From Pirellulales bacterium (GTDB lineage: Bacteria > Planctomycetota > Planctomycetia > Pirellulales > Lacipirellulaceae): a stretch of DNA of 64,000 bases. Positions 55,690 through 64,000 of the stretch are shown here, in pieces. The position numbers and the translations under genes were made by a program. The stretch spans positions 33,223-97,222 of the forward strand of contig JALHQZ010000005.1 of assembly GCA_022841705.1 (NCBI GenBank). Reading direction: 5' to 3'. Below the pieces are notes generated by a model. It searched no databases. It was not told the DNA's origin and saw only the letters and a list, made by a program, of their open reading frames with translations. Numbering within the stretch: the stretch's first letter is position 1; the number at the start of each line of letters is the position of its first letter.

Positions 55690-56031
55690 CTACTTCCTGA
55701 ACGCGAAGTACACCGCGCCGCACAAGCAGAGCCCGGCCCACAAGAAATTCAGCCGCACCGACTGCTTCATAACCAAAATCGCGAACGGCACAAACACGGA
55801 GAGCGTGATGACTTCCTGCAGCACTTTGAGCTGCGTCAGATCGAGCCGCGAACTGCCCAAGCGGTTCGCCGGGACCATCAGCATGTATTCGAAAAACGCG
55901 ATGCCCCAACTCACCAGCACCGCAACCCATAGCGGTCGGCCGTGTAAATACCTTAAATGCCCATACCACGCGAACGTCATGAACAAGTTCGATGCGACGA
56001 GCAGCAGAATTGTTTGCAACGCAATCGGCAT
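55690..56031 (-). CDS. DMT-superfamily small membrane protein (DUF486-like)
   Basis: Start trimmed to MPIALQTILLLVASNLFMTFAWYGHLRY, which matches the conserved DUF486 N-terminus. Four TM segments are present. Confidence 0.55.
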   Translation of the reverse strand: MPIALQTILLLVASNLFMTFAWYGHLRYLHGRPLWVAVLVSWGIAFFEYMLMVPANRLGSSRLDLTQLKVLQEVITLSVFVPFAILVMKQSVRLNFLWAGLCLCGAVYFAFRK

Positions 56032-56074
56032 GGCGAACGTTCGACCTCCCGTTAAGAGTTGGCGGGGATCATTT

Positions 56075-56845
56075 TCACGCAAAGTACTCCACCGCATTGC
56101 GAAAGACTTGCAGCCCGGCCCCTTCCTTACGCTCGGGCCCGCGGGTCCAACTGGGGTGCTGTTGCGGCGAGATAAAGCGTTCGGGGTGTGGCATCAAGCC
56201 GAAGATGCGGCCGGTCGAATCGCACAACCCGGCAAGGGCCGCTATTGAGCCGTTCGGATTCGCAGGAAACTGCGTCGCCACCTCACCGCGCTCGTTGACG
56301 TACTTAAGCACGCCGCGACCTGCGCCGAGAATCTGGTCTTGGGCCGCCGCGTCGCGGAACATGATCTTCCCTTCGGCGTGGGCGATCGGCAGTTCAAACT
56401 GCTCCATCCCCCGCAGGAACACGCACGCACTCGGCGCCGTGGAGACGCGCACCCAACGCGCTTCGTAGCGGCCGTGATCGTTCCAGGTGAGGGTCGCCTG
56501 CGGACCGCCCGCATCATCCACATCCAACAGCCCCGTCTTCATCAGCACTTGAAATCCGTTGCAAATGCCGAGCACCAGTTTGCCGGCAGCGCGAAATTCC
56601 TCAAGGGCATCGGTCAGCTTAAGCCGCAATTGGTTGCCGAGCACCCGGCCCGAGGCAATGTCATCGCCGTAGCTGAACCCGCCGGGGAGGCACAGGATTT
56701 GGAACCCGCCGAGCCGCGCCGGATGCGCAAGCAGTTCCTGCACATGCAGCCGCAGCGGCGTGGCGCCAGCCTGCGCGAACGCATACGCGGTCTCTTCATC
56801 GCAGTTCACGCCCGGAGCGCGAAGAACTAAAACTTTCGGCGACAT
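56075..56845 (-). CDS. purQ: phosphoribosylformylglycinamidine synthase subunit PurQ (glutaminase)
   Basis: Start trimmed to MSPKVLVLRAPGVNCD. It has the class I GATase triad region GICNGFQ and ...HPER. The start coordinate is good to about 1 nt. Confidence 0.85.
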   Translation of the reverse strand: MSPKVLVLRAPGVNCDEETAYAFAQAGATPLRLHVQELLAHPARLGGFQILCLPGGFSYGDDIASGRVLGNQLRLKLTDALEEFRAAGKLVLGICNGFQVLMKTGLLDVDDAGGPQATLTWNDHGRYEARWVRVSTAPSACVFLRGMEQFELPIAHAEGKIMFRDAAAQDQILGAGRGVLKYVNERGEVATQFPANPNGSIAALAGLCDSTGRIFGLMPHPERFISPQQHPSWTRGPERKEGAGLQVFRNAVEYFA

Positions 56846-56931
56846 GGTTTTCGTAAGTGGCACGCGACCGAAGTCCCGTGCGCAAAATTGTGCTCGCACG
56901 GGACTTCGGTCCCGTGCTACAAACGACTTCA

Positions 56932-59841
56932 TCACGCAAACTTTAGCGGCGCCTGCCACGCTACTTTCGCGGCGGCGATGTTCACATCAATCACTTGCTT
57001 TCCTTCCGCGACGATTTGCAGGAGCGGTGATTCACTCACTACGCCAAGTTTGGCGTGCGGCGTGTCGACCATCCGCGCTTCGAACTCATCCACCAACTCG
57101 CGCGGCACTTCGCACACGAAGCGGCTGTTCGATTCACTGAACAGCTGCGTGGCGACGGTGAGCGAAGATTCGGGCAAATCGATCTCGGCGCCCCACCCGC
57201 CAGCGAAACACATCTCCGCCAGCGCCACCGCGAGGCCCCCTTCACTCAAGTCGTGGCAGGCGCGAATCTGGCCGGCTTGAATAGCGCCGTGCAGGGTGGT
57301 GAAGATTTGCTTTGCCGCTTCGGCTCGCACTTTCGGCGCAGCGCCGCCGGGTTGCCGATGGAGCAAAGCTAATTGCGAGCCGCCGAACTCCGCGTGGGTT
57401 TCACCAATCAGATACAGCACGTTGCCCGGCGTCTTGAGGTCCATCGTGACGCACTGCGTTACGTCCGCCACCTGGCCGAGCGCGGAGATCAATAGCGTCG
57501 GCGGAATGGCGATCGCCCGGCGTTCACCACTCGCGTCCGTGTATTTGAACTCGTTGTTGAGAGAATCCTTGCCGCTAATGAATGGCGTGCCAAGCACCAG
57601 CGCGACATCGTGGCACGCCAGCGCCGCGCGCACCAGCGAACCGAGTGTGGCCGGTTGCTCGCAGTCGCCCCAGCAGAAGTTATCCAAGACGGCGATACGG
57701 CTGGGGTCCGCGCCCACCGCCACACAATTGCGCACCGCTTCGTCGATGGCGCTCGCCGCCATGTCGTAGGGATCGGCATCGCCATAGCAAGGGTTGATGC
57801 CGCACGAAATCACCAGCCCCTGCGGCGAACCAAGCACAGGTTGCACCACGGCGGCGTCGCTCGGTCCATCATGCGCGAGGCCCACCAGCGGCTTCACCAC
57901 ACTGCCGCCCTGCACTTCATGATCGTACTGACGAATGATCCACTCCTTGCTGGCGACGTTCAGCGCGCCGAGAATCGCCAGTAATTCGGCCGTGTGATCG
58001 TCTTTCTTCGGCGGCGTGAAGGCTGGCGCCGGTCGCGGTTCGTAGGAGGCTTGCCGCACGACCGGCGGGCGACCGTTGTGCAGTAAATCCATCGGCAAAT
58101 CGCCGACCGTTTGGCCATCGTAGGTGAGTGTTAGCCGGCCCGTCGGCGTAAACTTGCCGAGGACCGTCGCTTCGACTTCTTCTGCCGCGCACAACGCCTC
58201 GAGTTCCGGCCAGTGCTGCTCGGGCACAGAGAGCACCATCCGCTCTTGCGCTTCGGAAATCCAGATCTCCGTGTAGCTGAGTCCCGCGTACTTCAGCGGC
58301 GCCTTCTCCAGCCACACTTCGGCGCCAATCTTCTCGCCCATCTCGCCGACGGCTGAAGAAAATCCACCAGCCCCGCAGTCGGTCACCGCGCTGAAGAGTC
58401 CGCGGTCGCGCGCCTGCAAGAGCACATCTTGAACCTTCTTTTCTTCGATGGCGTTACCAATTTGCACAGCGCCGCCGCTGGCGGTTTCGCTTTCGCTGGT
58501 CAGTTCCGCGCTCGAGAACGTGGCGCCGTGGATGCCGTCACGGCCGGTGCGGCCGCCGATCGCCACGATGAAATCGTTCGGCTGAGGCTCTTTGAACGCT
58601 TTGTCCGGCGGGATGATCCCCACGTTCCCGCAGAAGACCAGCGGGTTGCCCAGGTACCGCTCGTCGAAACAAACGGCGCCATTGACGGTGGGAATGCCCA
58701 TCCGATTGCCGTAGTCGCGGACCCCTTCGACCACCCCTTGTAGCACGCGCCGCGGATGCAAGACACCTTGTGGCAACGCATCGGCGGACGTGTTCGGCGG
58801 CGCGAAGCAGAAAACATCCGTGCTGCAGACCGGTTTGGCGCCGAGACCCGTGCCGAGCGTGTCGCGAATCACCCCGCCGAGACCCGTGTTGGCGCCGCCG
58901 TACGGTTCAAGCGCTGACGGGTGATTGTGCGTTTCCACCTTAAACGCCGCGTGAAACTCCGGGTGAAACTTCACCACCCCAGCGTTGTCTTTAAAGACGC
59001 TGACACACCAATCGTCGGCGCCCCATTGCTTGCGCAGCGTTTGCGTGGCGGCGAAGATGGTTTCTTTGAGCATGTTCTCGAACCGCCGCTCGCCGTGTTC
59101 ATCGCGATATGCAATCCGTCCCGCGAGCGTTTTGTGGCTGCAATGCTCGCTCCACGTTTGGGCGATGGTTTCAAGTTCGATATCCGTGGGCTCGCGACCG
59201 AGATCGCCAAAATACTTTTGGATCGTTTGCATCTCGGCCAGTTGCAGGTAAAACTGCCCGCTCTTGCTCAGGTGCATCAGCCCCGCGTCATCCAGCCCAG
59301 CGAGTGGCGTGGTGCGGAGCTTGAGCGTGTACGGCGTACCAGCATCGAGCGATTTGATTGTGAGCGGCCCGAACTGCACTTGCTCGATGGCGTCGTTTGC
59401 CAGCAATTGCTTGGCGATGTTTTTCGCGGTAGCGACATCGATTCCGCCCAGCCAGTACTTGTGCAGTGTTCGCACCAGCGGCTTGGCGAGCCCGAGATCG
59501 GCAATCGCCCGCTCGGCGCTCAGGGCAACCGGGTCCATCACGCCCGTCTTCGGCAGCACCTGAACGAGGTGCGATTCGCCAAATCCTGCAGGCGGATTCG
59601 TCAGCACCGGATCATCGACTGGCGCAACAACGAAGCCTTCGACGACCCGATCGCAGAGCACTTCGGCGGCGATGCGCTCGACGGCAGCGCGATCAAAGCT
59701 GGCCGACTCGATTAAAAACCCGCGCGCCGTGGCCGCGGTGAGATTGGGCGTCAGCCCGCGTTCGCAGGCCGTCTGCGCGAGTCGTTCGGCAGCGCGATCG
59801 GCGTGCCCCGGTCGAGGCGTGATATCAACTTCCCACAGCAT
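56932..59841 (-). CDS. purL: phosphoribosylformylglycinamidine synthase, fused PurS-PurL
   Basis: Start trimmed to [16 protein letters not shown] ~80-aa PurS-like N-terminal domain is followed by PurL AIR-synthase-like repeats ([41 protein letters not shown]). Confidence 0.85.
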   Translation of the reverse strand: MLWEVDITPRPGHADRAAERLAQTACERGLTPNLTAATARGFLIESASFDRAAVERIAAEVLCDRVVEGFVVAPVDDPVLTNPPAGFGESHLVQVLPKTGVMDPVALSAERAIADLGLAKPLVRTLHKYWLGGIDVATAKNIAKQLLANDAIEQVQFGPLTIKSLDAGTPYTLKLRTTPLAGLDDAGLMHLSKSGQFYLQLAEMQTIQKYFGDLGREPTDIELETIAQTWSEHCSHKTLAGRIAYRDEHGERRFENMLKETIFAATQTLRKQWGADDWCVSVFKDNAGVVKFHPEFHAAFKVETHNHPSALEPYGGANTGLGGVIRDTLGTGLGAKPVCSTDVFCFAPPNTSADALPQGVLHPRRVLQGVVEGVRDYGNRMGIPTVNGAVCFDERYLGNPLVFCGNVGIIPPDKAFKEPQPNDFIVAIGGRTGRDGIHGATFSSAELTSESETASGGAVQIGNAIEEKKVQDVLLQARDRGLFSAVTDCGAGGFSSAVGEMGEKIGAEVWLEKAPLKYAGLSYTEIWISEAQERMVLSVPEQHWPELEALCAAEEVEATVLGKFTPTGRLTLTYDGQTVGDLPMDLLHNGRPPVVRQASYEPRPAPAFTPPKKDDHTAELLAILGALNVASKEWIIRQYDHEVQGGSVVKPLVGLAHDGPSDAAVVQPVLGSPQGLVISCGINPCYGDADPYDMAASAIDEAVRNCVAVGADPSRIAVLDNFCWGDCEQPATLGSLVRAALACHDVALVLGTPFISGKDSLNNEFKYTDASGERRAIAIPPTLLISALGQVADVTQCVTMDLKTPGNVLYLIGETHAEFGGSQLALLHRQPGGAAPKVRAEAAKQIFTTLHGAIQAGQIRACHDLSEGGLAVALAEMCFAGGWGAEIDLPESSLTVATQLFSESNSRFVCEVPRELVDEFEARMVDTPHAKLGVVSESPLLQIVAEGKQVIDVNIAAAKVAWQAPLKFA

Positions 59842-60751
59842 CGCGGCGTTCTTTCCCGGTTCGCAAAAGTTGTTCGAGCACTGGTCCCTCATTCGCCACG
59901 AGCGCCGCCCGGTACTCAGCCAGTTTCGCTTCGAGTTCATCAAGCGCCATCAACACTTCAGCGCTGTTTGCTAGGTAAATGTCTCGCCACAGCGCGGCGT
60001 CTCCGGCGGCGACACGGGTGGTGTCAGCCCAACCGGTCGCGGTCAGCGGCAAGAGTTCCGGCGGAGTGGCAGCAGCGAGCGCGGCAGCCACCAGATGGGG
60101 CAGATGACTGGTGCGGGCTAGCGCAGCATCATGTTCCGTGGGGCTCATCCGCCGTGTTTTAGCGCCCACGGTTTGCCACATTCGTTCGACGGTTTCCAGT
60201 GCGTGAGCCGACGTACTTGCGGTGGGCGTGATCACCACCGTCCGGCCGGCGAACAAATCGGCCCGCGCAGCTTCGGGTCCCCGGCGGTGATCCCCGGCCA
60301 GCGGATGGGCGCCAACAAAGTTCGCCGCGCCGCCAGGATCTTTCGCAAGCGCGGCTTCAATTGTGGCCACCAAGCTTGCCTTCGTGCTACCGGCGTCGGT
60401 AATGACGGCGCCCGGTTGCAGGTTGGCTAAAGATTTCGCCAACCCGTCCGCAATTTCGCCGACCGGCGTGCAGAAGACCATCACGTCGGCCCACCCGGCG
60501 GCTTCGGCCAAGTCGGTTGTGGCCCGCTCAACGACCGCCGATTTGATCACCCGCTGGACCGATTCCGCCGATCGGCACACGCCCAGCACTTCAAATCCTC
60601 CCCGCTTTCGCAGCGCCAAGCCTAGCGAACCGCCAATCAGGCCGACGCCGACAATTGCGATTCGCTGCTGGCGAGGTGGGTTCAAAGGACTGCGATGTTG
60701 AAGGCGAGATTCGTTCGGCGAACTGGCCAGTCTAGCAAACGGCCGCCCCAT
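59825..60751 (-). CDS. tyrA: prephenate/arogenate dehydrogenase
   Basis: [17 protein letters not shown] (Rossmann fold), then the HPLAG catalytic region and a C-terminal dimerisation helix bundle. It overlaps the purSL start by ~16 bp. Confidence 0.8.
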   Translation of the reverse strand: MGRPFARLASSPNESRLQHRSPLNPPRQQRIAIVGVGLIGGSLGLALRKRGGFEVLGVCRSAESVQRVIKSAVVERATTDLAEAAGWADVMVFCTPVGEIADGLAKSLANLQPGAVITDAGSTKASLVATIEAALAKDPGGAANFVGAHPLAGDHRRGPEAARADLFAGRTVVITPTASTSAHALETVERMWQTVGAKTRRMSPTEHDAALARTSHLPHLVAAALAAATPPELLPLTATGWADTTRVAAGDAALWRDIYLANSAEVLMALDELEAKLAEYRAALVANEGPVLEQLLRTGKERRDAVGS

Positions 60752-61021
60752 TGTGGCGGGGGCCGATTGGGACGACTATTCCATGCCCGTCAAAAAAAGT
60801 TGGCGCCAATTTGCCAGCAGCGCCGTGAGCAATTGGCGATAAATATCCGATACTTTCCAGACCCGCCCCCCACGCTTGCCGCGCGGGAAAGGTCGCTGTA
60901 ACCGGAATCCTTCACCAAATTTCGGCGCAGGACTTCCCCAATTGACGGCCTAACGGCAACAATACAGTTAGGCCAAACCAGGGTTTGTTCCGCCCTTAGC
61001 TCTCTCGCTGACTCGACGACG

Positions 61022-62092
61022 ATGACACGTTTTCTCGCCCCGCAAACCGGTTGGATTCTCTGCGCCTTGCTCTGCTGCTGGGTGCCGGCTGCTGATGCGC
61101 AGCAATGGGCGCTGAAGATGCTCAACAAAACCGACCATGATTTCGGCTTGGTGGCCCGTGGTTCGGACACGGTTTACAAGTTCGAAGTGAAGAACATCTA
61201 CAAAGAAGACATCGTGCTGGACAGCGTCCGCTCGAGCTGCGGTTGCACTTCGCCCTCGATTGAAGGCAATGTCCTGAAGACGTACGAAAAAGGGTATATC
61301 GTCGCCAAGTTCAACACCCGCACGTTCACCGGGATTCATAGCGCCACGCTCACCTTGACAATTTCCAAGCCGTATCCCGCGCAGGTTCAGCTTCGCGTGC
61401 ATGGCAACATCCGCGGCGATGTGGTGTTTGAACCGGGCATGATTGACTTCGGCACAGTCAAGCAAGGCGAAGCGCAGCAAAAGTCGGTTAACGTCGCCTA
61501 TGCCGGCCGGAGCGATTGGCGCATTGACGATGTGCGCAGCGAAAGCAAAGCGCTGGCCGTGGAGCTTATCGAACGGGGCCGCACTGGCGGCAAGGTGAAC
61601 TACGAACTGGCCGTGAAGCTGCTTCCCGATGCGCCGGCCGGATTTTTGAAGGAGCAACTCTTCCTGGTGACCGGCGATCTGAATGCGCAGCGGATTTCAC
61701 TGGATGTCGCGGGGCGAGTGCTACCGGAAGTTTCGGTGCAGCCAGAGAATCTGGTGCTGGGCGAAGTTGCTTACAACCAACCGGTCACCAAGCGACTGAT
61801 GGTGAAGGCGAGCAAACCGTTCAAGATTCTGTCCGTCGAATGTGCGGACAAGAGCTTCACTTTCAAGCACGATGACACGGAAAAGGCCCGGCACATTGTG
61901 ACCGTCACCTTTGATGGCCAGCGGGATCTCGGTGCGTTCAAATCGCCAATTCTCATCAAGACGAGTTTGGGCGAAACCTTCACCGCCACGTGCAATTGCT
62001 ACGCCACGGTGGTGAAAACACCAACGGAACCCGCCACCGCGGATGGCAGCTCGACCGCCGCGGGCGAAGAAAAGACGGCCCAGGTGCCGTAA
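61022..62092 (+). CDS. DUF1573 domain-containing secreted protein
   Basis: It has a signal peptide and the conserved DUF1573 SCGCT motif (SVRSSCGCTSP), with repeated Ig-like beta modules. Confidence 0.7.
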   Translation: MTRFLAPQTGWILCALLCCWVPAADAQQWALKMLNKTDHDFGLVARGSDTVYKFEVKNIYKEDIVLDSVRSSCGCTSPSIEGNVLKTYEKGYIVAKFNTRTFTGIHSATLTLTISKPYPAQVQLRVHGNIRGDVVFEPGMIDFGTVKQGEAQQKSVNVAYAGRSDWRIDDVRSESKALAVELIERGRTGGKVNYELAVKLLPDAPAGFLKEQLFLVTGDLNAQRISLDVAGRVLPEVSVQPENLVLGEVAYNQPVTKRLMVKASKPFKILSVECADKSFTFKHDDTEKARHIVTVTFDGQRDLGAFKSPILIKTSLGETFTATCNCYATVVKTPTEPATADGSSTAAGEEKTAQVP

Positions 62093-62496
62093 GTCGAGGG
62101 GGGCGTCAGGCGGGGCGCTCAAGAAAGTTGCTAAGTCCCGGGTGACTATCTTTAACTAGCATCGTACTTGATGCGGCGCAATCGCTCTTCCAACGCTGTC
62201 GGCGATCAATGTCGGCAGAGGCGCAGAAGTCGTTGAAGGCGCTGATACTTTGGAGGGTGGGGGAGAAATCGGGACTTTGCAGTTCCCTCACTTCTAACCC
62301 TTCAAGCATCGCCCCAGATGTGGCAATGTGGCGCCTGCGGCAAATGTCCTCTCCCAAAAGTAGCCACCCCCTGGCGCAAAAACCTGCGGAGTTGCGCAAC
62401 TTTTAGCCACTTCGCCCGCACGCTGCGTCGCCCGCGCCGTTTTGCTACGATGGCTGCGTACCGCCGCATTCAGCACTCCGCCGTCCGCATTCCCCT

Positions 62497-64000
62497 ATGT
62501 CCGCCGTCATCGAAGTCACCAATCTCCGCACGCAGTTCCGCACCGAGGACGAAGTGGTCCGGGCGGTGGACGATATTTCGTTCCGCATCGAGCCCGGCCG
62601 CGTGCTGGGGATCGTCGGCGAAAGCGGTTCGGGCAAAAGCGTCACGTCGCTGTCGATCATGCGGCTGCTCGCGTCCACGGCAAAAATCGAAACCGGCAAG
62701 ATCGCGCTATTTGGCAAGGACCTGGTCAGCCTGCCCGAACCCGAACTGCGCAAAATCCGCGGCTCGCAGATCAGCATGATCTTCCAGGAGCCGATGACTT
62801 CGCTCAACCCGGTCTTCACCTGCGGCGAACAGGTGATGGAAGCACTCATCCTTCATCAAAAAATGTCGCGGGCCGACGCGCGCAATCGCACCATTGAGCT
62901 CTTCCGCGAAGTCGGCATCCCCAACCCGGAACAGCGCGTCGACCAGTACCCGCACCAAATGTCGGGCGGACAGAAGCAGCGGGTGATGATCGCGATGGCC
63001 TTGTCGTGCGATCCGGAACTCCTCATCGCCGACGAACCAACCACCGCGCTCGACGTCACCATCCAAGCGCAGATTCTCGACATCCTCCGCAAGCTACGCG
63101 ACACGCGCGGGATGGCGATCATGTTCATCACGCACGATCTGGGCGTGATTGCCGAGATCGCCGACGAAGTGTTGGTGATGTACCGCGGCAAAATGGTCGA
63201 GTACGGACCGGTGCTCGACATCTTCGCCGCACCAAAGCACCCGTACACCAAAGGTCTCTTGGCTTGCCGGCCGCGGCTCGATACGCCCTACCGCCTGCTG
63301 CCGACCGTGCAAGATTTTATGGAGGAGCGTACGGTCAACGGAACGGTGGAGATCATCGAGAAGAAACTCGATGACGTGCGACTTAAGGCGCTGCGCGAAA
63401 CGGGCCGGGGACGGCTGTTGCATCCAAAATCCGAACTCGCCGCGATGGGCCACCCGTGGGAGCAAGGCAACCAACAGGCCGACGCCCAGGCCGTGCCGGA
63501 AGGTACGGCGCCGCTGCTCGCCGTGAAGGAGTTGAAAGTCTATTTCCCCGTGCGCCGCGGCGTCTTCGCGCGCGTTCACGATTACGTGAAAGCGGTGGAT
63601 GGCGTTTCGTTCAACGTCTATCGCGGCCAAACGCTGGGCCTCGTGGGCGAGAGCGGCTGCGGCAAAACCACGGCCGGGCGCGCGATCCTCCGGCTCATCG
63701 AACCCACCGATGGCCAAGTGATCTACAACAACGTCGATCTCGCAAAGCTCGGCGATCACGATCTCCGCAAGATGCGCAGGCATTTGCAGATCATCTTCCA
63801 AGACCCTTACGGTTCGCTCAACCCGCGGATGACGGTCGAATCAACGCTGCTCGAACCGATGAACATCCATCGCATCGGCAGCAGCGCCCAACAACGCCGC
63901 GACCGCGCCGCTGCGCTACTGACCGAAGTCGGCCTCGGCCCCGAACACCTGCGCCGCTACCCCCATGAGTTCTCCGGCGGCCAGCGCCAACGCATCTGCA
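62497..64000 (+). CDS. ABC transporter ATP-binding protein with two fused ATPase domains (DppD/DppF- or GsiA-type); 3' end lies beyond the window
   Basis: It is not in the ORF table because no stop occurs before 64000. I translated it by hand from ATG 62497: [14 protein letters not shown]...[18 protein letters not shown]...[14 protein letters not shown]...ADEPTTALD; second domain GESGCGKTT...FSGGQRQRI. The antisense ORFs listed across 62445-63801 are shadows of this gene. Confidence 0.8.
   Translation, partial: MSAVIEVTNLRTQFRTEDEVVRAVDDISFRIEPGRVLGIVGESGSGKSVTSLSIMRLLASTAKIETGKIALFGKDLVSLPEPELRKIRGSQISMIFQEPMTSLNPVFTCGEQVMEALILHQKMSRADARNRTIELFREVGIPNPEQRVDQYPHQMSGGQKQRVMIAMALSCDPELLIADEPTTALDVTIQAQILDILRKLRDTRGMAIMFITHDLGVIAEIADEVLVMYRGKMVEYGPVLDIFAAPKHPYTKGLLACRPRLDTPYRLLPTVQDFMEERTVNGTVEIIEKKLDDVRLKALRETGRGRLLHPKSELAAMGHPWEQGNQQADAQAVPEGTAPLLAVKELKVYFPVRRGVFARVHDYVKAVDGVSFNVYRGQTLGLVGESGCGKTTAGRAILRLIEPTDGQVIYNNVDLAKLGDHDLRKMRRHLQIIFQDPYGSLNPRMTVESTLLEPMNIHRIGSSAQQRRDRAAALLTEVGLGPEHLRRYPHEFSGGQRQRIC

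Noticed and set aside
55490-55690. G-rich tract (runs of GGGG in GGTGGGCCGGGGGGCCGGTTGTAGGGGTGGCCGGGGTCGG) as a possible G-quadruplex element
   Set aside because: G-runs are common in DNA with this GC content, and there is no repeat structure or conservation evidence. I left it as a note only.
248-63801. Dozens of long ORFs antisense to or overlapping confident genes, for example 248-715 minus, 3600-4841 plus, 4872-5852 plus, 19373-20581 minus, 21112-21945 minus, 35594-36385 minus, 50767-51636 minus, 52018-52761 minus, 58921-59715 plus and 63094-63801 minus
   Set aside because: These are shadow ORFs, which are typical of GC-rich DNA. They are R/A/G-rich and low-complexity, carry no motifs, and each overlaps a gene with strong family signatures on the other strand or frame.
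1-64000. tRNA, rRNA, integrase, transposase, toxin-antitoxin or defence-system genes
   Set aside because: I scanned intergenic regions for tRNA hallmarks (GTTCGAATCC-type T-arms, TAGCTCAG-type D-arms) and found none. No ORF shows recombinase, nuclease or NTPase defence signatures. Apart from the palindromic elements, nothing supports a mobile or defence island.

Overview
High-GC bacterial chromosomal segment that looks Planctomycetota (Pirellulales-like). The lineage markers are a DUF1559 prepilin-type H-X9-DG protein, two PEP-CTERM proteins, a protein opening with the planctomycete N-terminal motif RKLRFETLESRAMLAG, a DUF1573 protein, a DUF11 lipoprotein, a sulfatase, and an adjacent H4MPT-pathway fae/mtdA pair. 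Coding density is high and the window is mostly housekeeping or envelope genes: tpx, an HDAC-like deacetylase, a LolCDE-like ABC pair, lysS, glycerate kinase, rpiB, pfkA, an RlmI-like methyltransferase, an OleC/OleD-like acyl-AMP ligase plus 3beta-HSD reductase pair, aspS, two fatty-acid desaturases, a FabF-like KAS, a flotillin/NfeD pair, a GDP-mannose-3,5-epimerase-like gene, a giant ELWxxDGT-repeat surface protein, miaB, glnE, bamA, purQ, a purS-purL fusion, tyrA, and a partial dual-ATPase ABC gene running off the 3' end. I found no tRNA, rRNA, CRISPR array, integrase, transposase or defence-system gene, so I did not find a planted novel system. The unusual content is non-coding: several families of structured intergenic palindromic elements and a tandem array of four perfect palindromes upstream of the giant surface-protein gene. 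Because GC is high, the ORF track is full of antisense shadow ORFs; I ignored these and trimmed several starts to the first plausible Met at a signal peptide or conserved N-terminus.
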